Below are positions 1 through 10,499 of a DNA stretch of 57,179 nt, one piece after another. Origin of the DNA: Prorocentrum cordatum (taxonomy: Eukaryota); the NCBI GenBank assembly GCA_963575745.1, contig CAUYUJ010000042.1:62001-119179 (forward strand). The letters are read 5' to 3'. Within the stretch, counting starts at the first letter, position 1; the number at the start of each line of letters is the position of its first letter. Below the pieces are notes generated by a model. It worked only from the letters and a program-made list of their open reading frames with translations, did no database searches and was not told the DNA's origin. Position numbers and translations under genes: made by a program.

Positions 1-2507
1 CGGGCCATCTGCGAGGACCACGTGGGGCTCAGCTGGGTATCTTCATACACCTCATACCGCTCATCTCTATAACTCTGTTCCTTTTCAGAGTCCGTTTGGA
101 AACGTGTATTGATTTTATCGTTATCCAGGTCCCTAGATTCCACGGGCTGCCCGGCTGATTCCGAGCCTCCCCTTGGCGCCCGAGTGACAACCCTAGACGT
201 ACCCGAAGATGCCCTCAGGGTCTCTGGAGATCTCGTTTGGCTTCCTGTAGGTCTTATCTGGGTTCCGGTGGCCGTCCTCTGGAATCCTAGACACGTTTTC
301 TGAGTACACGACGGTGGCCCCGACGACGTAGGACAGGCCCCACTAGATCTCGAACCACTCTGTGAGGTCCCGAGAGTTGCCCGTCTCGAACAGGAGGTAG
401 TAGACCGGGTTCCCGCAGAGCTCCTCGAGGTCCCACCCGGAGGCCATTTTGGAGCCTGAACCTCACCTGGTCTGTTATTCAACGATGCCGTCGCCATCAG
501 TGCTGTCTCTGCTGTACCGTCGCTGTCTGTCGCCACGACGTGATGAGCCGATGGAGGAGGTGGAGGAGGAATGCATGGCGCACACTCTGGCGCCTCCTCG
601 TCAGTATCTCCAAGCGCTGGTAGCGGCGCCTGGCTAGAAAGCGATGCCACGCCGCGGCTCAAGATGCAATCCCCCGGCCTGTCGGTGACCCCGACGTCGC
701 CCAGGAGATCGCACGTCAAGTCGATCAGGAGGTGGCCAGTCCTGGACCTCTGAAAGGAAATCATCCTGTGCGGGTCGATGCTCTTGAAGACGCCGATGCC
801 GGCCTCGAAGTCAATCACGGCTCCGAGCTGCCTCAGCGTCTCGATGGACACCAAAATGGGAATCCCCGGAGCGTCGACCGCATGAACCAGGAAAGACACA
901 TACACTCCCTTGACCTGCAACTTGAACTTGACTCGGCAGAGGACCCGCTTCACCTCGCCATTCCCGAACTTGTACACCGGGCGGTCGGTCAGGTCCACCT
1001 CCATCGGCGGATGACCCCTGGCAATGAGGAGCTCATTCAAAGCCTCCACTGCCTCGATGCCGCCGATGGTCTTCGTAGCTCCGGAGTCCATGATTCCGTG
1101 GCCCATCTCCGTCGTCCTCGACACGATGTAGGCCATCTTGATCTCCGGGTCATCTAGGTCCACACTGTTGTTCAGATCAACGTGATCCTCGTCGGCGATC
1201 TCTGCCGTCAGGACCAGGCCGGTGAACTTCTCCCCCTGCTGGGGAGGGCCTCGAGGACCGGGTGCACGTCCAGCTAGCTTTGGGTCTCCACGGTCTGGAC
1301 ACGCACCCGTGCGATGGGCTCCTCCGCACTTCAGGCAGGGCCCCTGGCGTCCATCACTTCGAGATCCACCATTATTGTTAAAGAAACGCCGTCCCGTCCT
1401 GTGCTTGTTGATCTGCTGTCGTGCGTCTTGAAGTCGGCGTTGACTGGCCTGGAACTGTGCATAAGCTTCCTCTTCCTCGTCGATGGCATTGGCAAAAGCT
1501 GAGTCGTCGCCTTCATCACCGTCTTCCTCCTGTTCAGCTTCTGCCACCGACGACACGAGAGCGTGATCACGCTCTTCCTCTCCGTTCCAGGTCTGAGCGT
1601 CTTCGCCGTAGAAAGCCGCGGCCGCCACCTGCTGGCGGATGAACTTTGACTTCCTGTAGTCCCGGTCCTTCAGGTTCTCGTCGCTGGGCCACTGCGTACG
1701 TAACGCACTCTCCACATTGTCCACTGTGAAATCGCCCCTGCACGATCCGATGACCGCCGCGATCTCACCGCCGTCCAGGCCCGCTCTGTGAAGTAGATAC
1801 CAGCCCCTGACGATGCTCGGGAGAACTTCCGGCAGGTCCTGCGTTGGGAACGTCCCCTGGCTCTCACGGTCGAAGCCACGCTGTGACCAGTGATCGTCCT
1901 TCCAGCCGCCCTGCCACCAGCGGTGTTGCCGCCACCAGTCTTGTCCGTCAGCTCCTCCCTCGACCTCCCAGTCTCGGACTTCGTCAGGTTCAGCATCTGC
2001 AACGGTGCCCTCTTCACCGCCGCCAATCCGATGCCACGAACCTGACCCCGCGTCCACTGGCCACTTGTCAAAGGTCGTCGCTGTCGTAGCTGGTGTCTTC
2101 ACGATCTCCGTCTTCCCGATCATCCGGGAAAGGGCCACCCGCAGTCGTTGGTAGCTCTCGTGTACCCGCAGGCAGTATTCGGCCATACCTTCGCCGCGCC
2201 GGCGGCGGAGCTTCACGAAATACTCTTCCATGTAGTGGCCAACGTCTTCGACGGGCTGCCTCATGACCGTCTGCTGTAGATGCTCCAGCAGCTTGTCGGC
2301 ACCCCACATGGACGAGAGCCAGCCTCTCGGCCGACCGATGCACGCCGTCGCTGCAGGTCCGGACAGGCGTGCCACCAACCTGGGGCCGCACAGGTACCTG
2401 TCCTCCCACTTCGTGCCGTCCACGTAGTTCATCACATTTTGTTGGTACCGCTCCCATGTCGCAGCACTACCATTCCACGTAGGAATAACCTGAGTCACAT
2501 TCTCCAT
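1..2507 (-). CDS. LTR retrotransposon Gag-protease polyprotein (open to the window edge, 3' part missing)
   Basis: Manual translation from ATG at 2507: MENVTQVIPTWNGSAATWERYQ... (Gag N-terminus), zinc knuckle CLKCGGAHRTGAC, aspartic protease IMDSGATKT...YKFGNG...IPILVSIETLRQLGAVIDF. I found no stop down to base 1, which explains its absence from the ORF track. Confidence 0.88.
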   Translation of the reverse strand, partial: MENVTQVIPTWNGSAATWERYQQNVMNYVDGTKWEDRYLCGPRLVARLSGPAATACIGRPRGWLSSMWGADKLLEHLQQTVMRQPVEDVGHYMEEYFVKLRRRRGEGMAEYCLRVHESYQRLRVALSRMIGKTEIVKTPATTATTFDKWPVDAGSGSWHRIGGGEEGTVADAEPDEVRDWEVEGGADGQDWWRQHRWWQGGWKDDHWSQRGFDRESQGTFPTQDLPEVLPSIVRGWYLLHRAGLDGGEIAAVIGSCRGDFTVDNVESALRTQWPSDENLKDRDYRKSKFIRQQVAAAAFYGEDAQTWNGEEERDHALVSSVAEAEQEEDGDEGDDSAFANAIDEEEEAYAQFQASQRRLQDARQQINKHRTGRRFFNNNGGSRSDGRQGPCLKCGGAHRTGACPDRGDPKLAGRAPGPRGPPQQGEKFTGLVLTAEIADEDHVDLNNSVDLDDPEIKMAYIVSRTTEMGHGIMDSGATKTIGGIEAVEALNELLIARGHPPMEVDLTDRPVYKFGNGEVKRVLCRVKFKLQVKGVYVSFLVHAVDAPGIPILVSIETLRQLGAVIDFEAGIGVFKSIDPHRMISFQRSRTGHLLIDLTCDLLGDVGVTDRPGDCILSRGVASLSSQAPLPALGDTDEEAPECAPCIPPPPPPSAHHVVATDSDGTAETALMATASLNNRPGEVQAPKWPPGGTSRSSAGTRSTTSCSRRATLGTSQSGSRSSGACPTSSGPPSCTQKTCLGFQRTATGTQIRPTGSQTRSPETLRASSGTSRVVTRAPRGGSESAGQPVESRDLDNDKINTRFQTDSEKEQSYRDERYEVYEDTQLSPTWSSQMA

Positions 2508-2513
2508 GGAGCA

Positions 2514-2532
2514 GAAACCTGCTCCGCTACCA
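2514..2532 (-). promoter_or_regulatory. Primer-binding site complementary to the initiator tRNA-Met 3' end
   Basis: Minus strand reads ...CACA|TGGTAGCGGAGCAGGTTTC directly after an LTR-type CA end and just upstream of the gag ATG. Plus strand GAAACCTGCTCCGCTACCA resembles a tRNA-iMet 3' end. Confidence 0.8.
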
Positions 2533-2774
2533 TGTGAAGCGAAGCTTCACAGGGTCAAATACACCTCTTCCTTCGAGCTGCTCTCGACGTAGCTCGATAC
2601 GATCCTCTTTTCCTTGCAGCGCCGCCTGCACCGCAACAGTACTTGCCACCAGTGCTGTATCTGTGCACGGAGTGTGTGGAGAGGGAGAGGTGTGTGGTAT
2701 TGGGCTCGATTGAATAGAAGGTAGGAGAAAGACGGGGGGCCTCTGATGGCCCCCGGGACCCTGCTGGCCCCGCA
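2533..2774 (-). mobile_element. 5' LTR of the LTR retrotransposon (outer boundary approximate)
   Basis: On the minus strand it ends in CA next to the primer site, with a candidate TG start at 2774. The second LTR lies outside the window, so the outer boundary is unverified. Confidence 0.55.
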
Positions 2775-2781
2775 ATGAAGG

Positions 2782-2803
2782 CCTGCAGCCAAATGGCTAT
2801 GGA
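2782..2803 (-). other. Degenerate DinoSL relic
   Basis: Minus strand TCCATAGCCATTTGGCTGCAGG vs DinoSL TCCGTAGCCATTTTGGCTCAAG. Confidence 0.55.
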
Positions 2804-2845
2804 TGGAGCGAACCTTAAACACGATCCAAGATCGAAAGATCGACA

Positions 2846-3015
2846 CCCTCCCCCCCCCCCCCCCCCCCTCCCCGACACCATCCCCTCTCGACCCCGATCC
2901 TGATCCCCGCCCCCCCTCCCCCTCCCCCTCCTCCTCCTCCTCCTCCTCCTCCTCCTCCTCCTCCTCCTCCTCCTCCTCCTCCTCCTCCTCCTCCTCCCCC
3001 TCCTCCCCCTCCCCC
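2846..3015. repeat. poly-C/(CCT)n microsatellite
   Basis: Visible directly in the sequence. Confidence 0.9.
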
Positions 3016-3184
3016 CGTCCCTGGGCCCGGGCCCTCGCCTCGCCCCCATCCCCCCGGTGCCTCCCCTCGGCGCTGGTCCTCATTCTCCGCCCCTCGGTTC
3101 TGTCTGGTCTCCGTCCTCCCGCGCTCGGGGGCGGCCAAGGGGGGGTGGGGACCAGGGGGGGGGGGGTATCGTGGCCGTGGCCAC

Positions 3185-3353
3185 TCAGCCACGCGCAGGG
3201 GGGTGGGGGGAGGGGGGAGGGCTTCTTAGAAGCACCCTTGCGTCTTAGAAGGCGCGGGCCTTATCTATAGATGTAACGCCGGAGCCTTCTAAGAAGCAGC
3301 CTCGTTCTCAGAAGCCTTCCCCCCTCCCTCCATCCCCTTGTGCGCGCCGCCAA
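3185..3353. mobile_element. Palindromic MITE-like repeat (family E), copy 1
   Basis: cagccacgcgcagggg...gggcttcttagaag...cttctaagaagc...ccccttgtgcgcgccgccaag; similar to 4211-4357, with inverted arms. Confidence 0.55.
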
Positions 3354-4210
3354 GCCACGATACTTCCCTAGATCTGTAAGTGGCTGAGGGGGCGCAAACG
3401 GTCCCCATGTTAAAGACGTTATAGGGTACAGAGCAAGTTCGAGGCCAACGTTTTCTCACAAGTAAAGCTCAAAGTTGCGAGGGTCCTGAAGTCCGGAAGC
3501 AGTTTGGATAAAGTTCGGCGGCGAAGAAGTTCCACATTTTTGGAGCACGTGTGAATGTTCGTGAATTGCCGAACTGGTTTTGAATTTTCTCAGTTATTTG
3601 CTTCCGATGTTTTACCGATCTGTTTCCGAGCTTTCCCCGAACTTTGAAACCTAGTTCGAACTTGTTCGAACTATGCTACAACTTGCTCCAAACTCAGCTA
3701 TCCCCCTGAACTTTCGAACTTGTTTCGAACTCTTGCTTTCATTTGTTTCCGAACTCGAACTTCAAGCTTTCTCCCCGCCCGAACCCAAGCCCTAACTTTT
3801 ATTTGCTCCAGGAATGCCCATCTCTGCCCTCATCAGCCAATGACAGCGCCAGATTTCATGCCCCCGCCCTCTTCCTTCAAGAAGTCCCTCCATACCCCTT
3901 CTTCTGGGCGCATGCCCGCGGCCATGATTTGCGAACCCCCCTCTTGCACACACCCCCTCTTGGAGGCCCCCCGACTCATGTTTTTGAATCCGAAAGCGGG
4001 TTTTATAATTCACAAACGGGCTTTGAATTCAACAACCAGCTTTTCGGAATTCAAAAACCACCCTCCTCCCCCGGCGGCGCGCCCTCGCAGTGCTCCCTGG
4101 CAGTGCTCCCCCTCGCATCCCCCCCCCCCGGCCGCAGCAGGTGCGCTGCCTGGTACAGCCTCCTACGGCCGGCAGGGGGGCAGCTGCAGCTGGGCCCCCC
4201 CCAGGGAGGG

Positions 4211-4357
4211 TCAGCCACGCGCAGAGGGGGGTGGGGGGAGGGGGGAGGGCTTCTTAGAAGCACCCCTGCTTCGTAGCAGGGGCGGGCGCCTTCTGAGAAG
4301 CCGCCTCCTTCCAAGAAGCCCTCCCTTCCCTCCACCCCCTTGTGCGCGCCGCCAAGA
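4211..4357. mobile_element. Palindromic MITE-like repeat (family E), copy 2
   Basis: Same termini and internal cttcttagaag/cttctgagaag motifs as 3185-3353. Confidence 0.55.
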
Positions 4358-4904
4358 GGGATGACATCCTCGCGTCGCGGATGGATCGCGCGGCAGTCTT
4401 AGCCGCCCTGACGCGCACGTGTTGAAGCGCAGCGCGCGCCGTGTTCAGCACGTCTCACGCGCGCGTTGGCCCCACGCTCCGGCGAACGCGTCGCACCAGA
4501 CCGACGCGTTCAACCTGCGTGCCGAGCTCCGCGTCAGCACGCTGCGGGTTGAGCTGGATGTCTGTTCATGGGAGCCTTGGGCGGCGACACTGAAGTCAGC
4601 TTCTCCTGCACGTGGACAGCGTGGGGGCCACATTTGACCCCTCCTCCTGCTCCTCCTCTCCCCTTCTGTTCCCCCTCCCCCCCTCGTTCTCCTGGCCCCC
4701 GCGAATCCAGTCCAAGTCTGGTCCACATCCGGTCCAGATGTGTCCCAGATCCGGCCCAAATCGGGCCCCAACTTGGACCGCGCCAGGGGGCCACGCGGGC
4801 TCCCGTGGAACGGACACCACTTTTTTGTTTGTTTGTGTTGTTTGTGTTTTGTGTGTTTTCCCCCCTCAGTTTTTTGTGTTTGTTCCCACAGTGAGTGTTT
4901 TTTG

Positions 4905-4919
4905 TCCCACGCGTGTGTG

Positions 4920-4967
<48 letters not shown>

Positions 4968-5065
4968 TGTGTGCGTGTGTGTGTGTGTGTGTGTGTGCGT
5001 GTGTGTGTGTGCGTGTGTGTTTCCCACAGAATGTGTGTGTGTGTGTGTTTTTGTGTGTGTGTTTT
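4905..5065. repeat. (GT)n/(GTGC)n microsatellite
   Basis: Visible directly in the sequence. Confidence 0.9.
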
Positions 5066-5280
5066 TTTGTCCACCGTGTTTTTTTTCCACAGAGCGTTCC
5101 GCACCGGGGGCAGCCGGGGTCGGCAGGTCTTGGGCCGTGCTCGGCCCGTGGGGGGCTCCACCACGGCCCGAGGCGTCCGTGGCCGCCTTCGGCTTCCCTT
5201 GGTGGGGCCTCCGTGGGCCCCTGGGGCGGTCGGGGAGCGGCCCGTCGCGGGGCGCGCCAGGTCGCGGGGAACGGTAGGGT

Positions 5281-5406
5281 TATGTCGGGCGTGTCCCCCT
5301 GCAGTGGGATTGTTTGGACTATTGTTTGGCTATTGTCTGGGCTATTTTTTGGACTATTCTTTGGCTATCGTCGAAAATCCCCCTGTAGGGGGACACGCCC
5401 GACTTA
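5281..5406. mobile_element. MITE family A, copy 1
   Basis: Terminal inverted repeats (TIRs) tatgtcgggcgtgtccccctgcag / cctgtagggggacacgcccgactta around an AT-rich core; four copies in the window. Confidence 0.7.
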
Positions 5407-5619
5407 ACGCCAGTCGCGGGGAACGGTATAGGGGAACAAAGAGCGGCATAGACATAAGAACTCGCCGCTCGGCTGCAGGTGAGGCCCCAGTGGCGCTCCT
5501 CCACGGCCCGAGAGGCCGCCGAAGGGAGCACCCCTTCGGGCTCGAGAGGGGCTGCGGTTTTCGGGCGGCCCGAGAGGCCGCCGCAGTGAGGACCCCTTCT
5601 GTAGGGGAACAAAAAGTGG

Positions 5620-5783
5620 CATAAACATAAAAACTTGCAGGTCCGCGCAATTTTCTCGGATCGGCGCTGGGGCCCCCCGGCGGCGCCTCCGGCGGCGCCC
5701 CTGGCGCGCTCCGCGTGCCAGGGAGGGGGGGTCCAGCGCCGATCCGAGAAATCCGCGCGGACCTGCGAGTTTTTATGTTTATG
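5620..5783. mobile_element. Palindromic MITE family B
   Basis: ~50 bp inverted arms cataaacataaaaacttgcaggtccgcg...ggatcggcgctgg / ccagcgccgatccgag...ggacctgcgagtttttatgtttatg; partial second copy at ~14932-15052. Confidence 0.7.
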
Positions 5784-5966
5784 TGATTTCTTGTTTCCCT
5801 AAACAGTCTCAGAGCCGTCGAAAGATCACGGCGTCGGAGTCCTGGAGAGTTGTTTACCAGCGGCTGCCTCGCAACCTTGGCTCGATTCGACCTCTTTCTA
5901 GCCAGTTGTTGCTACCTGAGGCAGAGGGCCTCGTCTTCGAGGATCGAAGGAGCTGCCGTGCCTTAG

Positions 5967-6323
5967 GAGGATGAGGATGAGGAGGAGGCGGAGGCGGAGG
6001 CTGAGGCCGAGAATGGTGAGGGTGATGATGCTGATGCTGATGCTGACGATGCTAATGATGCTAATGATGCTGCTGGTGATGCTGATGATGATGGTGGTGA
6101 TGGTGGTGATGATGATGATGACGATGATGATGATCAAGCTGTTGTTGCTGATGAGGATGATCATCATCATGATGCTGATCATGATGATGTTGACGATGCT
6201 GACTACGTATGATGTTGCTGATGATGCTGATGATGGTGCTGATGATGCTGCTGCTGATGATGATGCTGATGATGATGCTGATGCCGATGATGATGATGGT
6301 GATGATGATGATGGTGATGATGG

Positions 6324-6358
<35 letters not shown>

Positions 6359-6490
6359 CTGATGATGATGATGGGGAGGCGGAGTTCTTGGCTCTCAACC
6401 TGGTCGGACGGGGGAGGACGAGAAGGATGAGGAGGAGGAGGAGGATGTGGAGGGAGGAGGAGGAGGACAAGGAGGAGATGGAGGAGGAGT
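5967..6490. repeat. Compound (GAT)n/(GAG)n microsatellite
   Basis: Visible directly; gives rise to spurious poly-M/D/I ORFs. Confidence 0.9.
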
Positions 6491-6768
6491 GGCCCGCAGC
6501 AGAGCAGGAAACGGGAAGGTAAGATGTTTCTGTGGGCGCCGTGAAACGACGACTGGCCACGATGAGGAGCAGTGTTCTGTAGCCAGGGGGGTACTCCGAT
6601 CCAGGCCTCGCGAACACATCACGATAGGCATTATCGCCCCGTTTCGGTTCCGAGGACCCGTATGGACTGATGGCGATCAAGATCCTGCATTAAGAGTTGG
6701 TCAAAGCTCTGCTCGTGTTTTTCACTACGCTTATTGACGACGCTGAGTATGCGGGCGAGGACGAGCAT

Positions 6769-6790
6769 TCCGTAGCCATCCTGGTTCAAG
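6769..6790 (+). other. DinoSL-like sequence (19/22 match)
   Basis: TCCGTAGCCATCCTGGTTCAAG vs TCCGTAGCCATTTTGGCTCAAG, followed by GT. Confidence 0.7.
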
Positions 6791-7273
6791 GTCCAACCTT
6801 GAGCGCTTCAGTTTTCCGTCCAGGGGTTCCTCCTCTCCTCCTCCCTCCTCCTCCTCCCTCCTCCTCCTCCTCCCTCCTCCTCCTCCTCCTCCTCCTCCTC
6901 CTCCTCCTCCTCCTCCTCCTCCTCCTCCTCCTCCTACTCGTCCAAATCATCACCATCCCCTCAGGGCGCTGAGGCGCCAGGTCAATCGGTGCGGCAGCCT
7001 CGGGGCCCTGCGAGCCCCCTTCGGGTTTGGCGGCCAGGGCCGATGGGGCAGGGCGGCCACTCTGGTCTCGAGGGCGACCAGGCACAGGGCGCAGAGTGGT
7101 GCCGCTGCAGCGGCTCAGACTGCGCGGAGCTCGGGCTGCAGCGCGGGTGCACGGCCCTGAGGTACGCAACAGCCGGCGTGCCGGCCGACGCGCCGACTTC
7201 GCCGCCGACCGCCCTTCGCGGCCCAAGCGAAGCGGCGGAGGGCCGTGCAGGGGCGCTGCAGGGCTCCGCGCAG

Positions 7274-7687
7274 GGGCCCGTGCGCCTGGACCTCCGCTGC
7301 GGAGGCGAGGCGAGGGCCAGCGACGGTGAGCAGGCCTCCGCGCAGGGGCCCGTGCGCCTGGACCTCCGCCGCGGAGGCGAGGCGAGGGCCAGCGACGGTG
7401 AGCAGGCCTCCGCGCAGGGGCCCGTGCGCCTGGACCTCCGCCGCGGAGGCGAGGCGAGGGCCAGCGACGACGAGGTCGCAGCCGCCGTGGGCGGCCTGCC
7501 CCAGGGTGTGCGCTGCCTGGCCGTCGTGCTCGCTGGCTGCGGCTCCCTGACGGACGTCGGCCTCGGCCGCCTCGCCGCCGGGCTGCCCCCCGGACTGCGC
7601 TCCCTGAGCCTCGGCTGCGGGCGCTGCGGCGGCGTCACCGACGCGGGCGCGGCTGCGCTGGCGCGGGCGCTGCCGGGGGGCCTGGAG
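7274..7687 (+). CDS. Leucine-rich repeat protein, exon (5' boundary uncertain)
   Basis: Cys-containing LRRs: VRCLAVVLAGCGSLTDVGLGRLAAGLPPGLRSLSLGCGRCGGVTDAGAAALARALPGGLE, with a GA donor at 7688. Confidence 0.65.
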
Positions 7688-9287
7688 GATCGGGCCGGGC
7701 GATCAGATCGGGGAGCTTCCGGGCACAACGAAGGACCACAACCAGAGCCGAGTGGATTTGTCTGGAGGGCCCCTCGGTGGAGAACCCGCCGACCTCGACA
7801 TGAACACGTCTGTTGTGGCTGTGGTCGGTTCAGTCGTCCTGGGCGCCCACTTTGACCTCAACCAGTACTAAGCTGGTTTCGGTGTTCTGACGTCTGCTGG
7901 CATTCGCATGACATCCTCGCGGGCGTGTCCTCGATGTTGTGGTCGTGTTCGCTCGCTGTCCCCGCATAATTGTGAGACTCGAGTTCGCCGGAACGCGGGT
8001 CTGCCGACGCTTTTCACGGGCCCGTACTCGAGCTGTTGTGGGACCTTTGCAGCGGAGGGCCGCGTCAGATTTTAGGCTGGATCTCGTCATGTTCTTGACG
8101 GCACCGACAGGCCGACCCGAGTCCCCCGAGCCCCAGTCTTACGGGTTCCAGGCGCAAAGCAGGCCTGTTGGATTCCGAGAGTCTCTTTTTGAAGTCTGTC
8201 TGGCTCTCTCTCTCTCTCTCACTCTCTCTCTCTCTCTCTGCGTGTGGGTGTTTCAAGGGTTCTTGAGGAGCCAAACTATGTCTTCAGGATCGCTCAATAT
8301 TTCCCAGTATTCCCGGGAATGTTGAAGGAGTCGTAGTCGTTCCTGAGGGCGTCAATGGGTTGTCTCAACAAGATGTCTTCAAGTAATGGCTGCTCTAGCC
8401 AGAGTTTCTTAGCAAGACATCGGGTAGTAAGGAACATGTTCGTAATGGTTCCCTGGGTGACGGCTCTTGAGTAAGGTGTTTGTTTCCTTAGGTTTCTTGG
8501 GTTCAGGGTTTGCCGGTAATGATTATCCCAGTGAGGTCTTATTTTGAGGGCTCTGAAGTCAGGATTCTTTTTGTAAAGGTTCTTTTGCCCGGATTCTTTC
8601 GCAAAGGCTCCTGGATAATTTCCCGTTTCGTCTTGATGCTTGTAACAAGGATTTCTGGAGGAAGGATCTTTGAGTAAGGCTTATCCATTAAGGGCTCTTT
8701 AATACAGAATCATGTTGCAACGGCTGTTAGGACAATTTGTTCGCAAGGATCCCTTGCGTAAGAATTCAATTCCGAATCGAATATCCATTTGGGTAGGATC
8801 ATCAATGATGCAGCGGGCAATGGGGAAGGAAATTGCGGGTTCCCTAGGCGTGGCTTCAAAAGAAAAAGGTTCATGGTATGGAGCTTTTTTTCGCAAGGAT
8901 TCCAGAGTAACGAACTTGGAATGTGGAAGCCGTAGCATTGTTGTTTTTGTAGACAGTCCGGTTGTTCTTTTAATCAGGAGTCAGCAGTAAAGATGTATTT
9001 AGTGTGGGCGGCTTAGTAATATTTGTTTTTTAAGTAAGTGCTATGATGCAGGGTTTCCTCAATGGTCCCTTGTGCTAAGCGTCCTATTCATAAGGATTAT
9101 GTTTGCAAGGATTCCTTATTACGTGCGTGTTTTGTAGCAATGATTTTCCATTGAGGTTTCGTTCTAGATTGTTTTGAGTAGTACGGCGTATCTTGAGCAC
9201 GGGTTCGTGCGTAATGATTCCTTGCAGTGAGGATTCTTAGTAAGGTTGCCTACCGTGAGGACTCCATAGTGGAGATGCCTTCCCCAG

Positions 9288-9595
9288 CGTCCGATGGGCG
9301 ACCCCGCTGTGAGGCGGAGCCCATACGGGTGGCAGATGTTTGGGAACGCGTTCAGGGAAACAAAAACAACACCAAAACACTCAACTGTTCTAAAGCGCTG
9401 GTGGCAGAGCACAAACAAAAATGCGCTTTCACAGATGATGCAGGGTCGCCCTTTGGACGTTCGGGTTGCCGCTGGGTTTTAGTTTGTGTTCCCATAGTTT
9501 TTGCCACCAGCGTTTTCTTGCTTGTTTCTAAAGGCGTTCCCAAACATCTGCCACCCGTGTGAGTTCCGCCTCACATCGGGGTCGCCCATCGGACG
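9288..9595. repeat. Inverted repeat with ~75 bp arms (hairpin/MITE-like)
   Basis: cgtccgatgggcgacccc...ggtggcagatgtttgggaacgc (9288-~9363) is mirrored by gcgttcccaaacatctgccacc...ggggtcgcccatcggacg (~9520-9595). Confidence 0.7.
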
Positions 9596-10186
9596 TCAGG
9601 ATTGTCGTTGGAATTTGCTTTTCGGTTTCCCTGAAGGTGCTCCTAAAGTGTTTGCCACCAGCGCGTTGGATAATCTGTTGGGTGCATGTTCTCCGTTTTT
9701 CTTCCGAGGGCGTTCCCAAAGCCCTGACATTCCCGTAGGAGGAAGCGACGGACGGGACGAAGGAGGAGACGAGGGACGAGGACGAGAAGGAGACGACGGA
9801 AGAAGAGGGGGAGGAGACGAAGGCAATTGAGCAGGGCGACGAGGAGGACGGACGACGGCGAAGTGCAGCGATCGAGGCAGGAGTTGACCAGAAGGAGCGC
9901 TGCAATCCACCAGGCCTGCTCTGCGCCTGCAGCCGTCTTGCGCTCCCCCGATCGGAGGAGGGCCAGTAGAGGCAGCGCGCCTATCCTCCCTGGCGGTGTT
10001 GAGGCCCCTCGCGGGCCTCCCGGGAGGCCTCGTCGTATCCACGGCTGGGCTTCGCCTCGCAAGACAGGTCGGGACGGAGCCCGGGCAGGTCCCGGGGCCG
10101 GCTCTTCGATCTCCAGCGGTCTTCTGGCGGGGCGGGAGGGCCGCCGTGATCTCAGCTGGCCCTCCTCCGACACGATAGGGGGGCCA

Positions 10187-10325
10187 TAATGGGCTTGTTT
10201 CCCACCATCACCACCAGAAGTCGGAGGGGGGAAGGAAGTGGAGGACGAGGAGGAGGAGGACAAAGAAGAGGAGGAGGAGGAGGACCCCCTCTCCCTCGAA
10301 CGAAGGGTGTTGGAAAACAGGCCCA
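10187..10325. mobile_element. MITE family C, interrupted at the right TIR
   Basis: TIRs atgggcttgtttcccaccatcacc / ggtgttggaaaacaggccca; same family as 43791-43973. The right TIR reappears at 13201-13229. Confidence 0.65.
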
Positions 10326-10380
10326 GGTTTAGGGTTTAGGGTTTAGGGTCTAGGGTTTAGGGTTTAGGGTTTAGGGTCTA
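10326..10380 (+). repeat. Interstitial telomeric repeat (TTTAGGG)n
   Basis: About 8 units of TTTAGGG/TCTAGGG. Confidence 0.9.
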
Positions 10381-10499
10381 CTAGGCTTGGCCACGATTAC
10401 ACCTTGACCGCGAACCCACCTGCGGTGGCCGTCACTCCCACCCGCAAGCCACCCAAACATAAAGATCATCTCTCCCCTCGTTGTAACCACATCGAATCC

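Noticed and set aside
443..452. GCCATTTTGG, a partial SL match
   Set aside because: Only 10 nt and inside the antisense strand of the gag-protease frame; likely chance.
732..1157. 141-aa plus-strand ORF
   Set aside because: Antisense shadow of the retrotransposon protease.
5898..6680. Poly-M/D/S/I ORFs here and at 15765-17199
   Set aside because: Translations of (GAT)n microsatellites.
8300..9230. AT-rich stretch with recurrent aaggattc-like words
   Set aside because: Looks like a decayed minisatellite; no unit or ORF could be defined.
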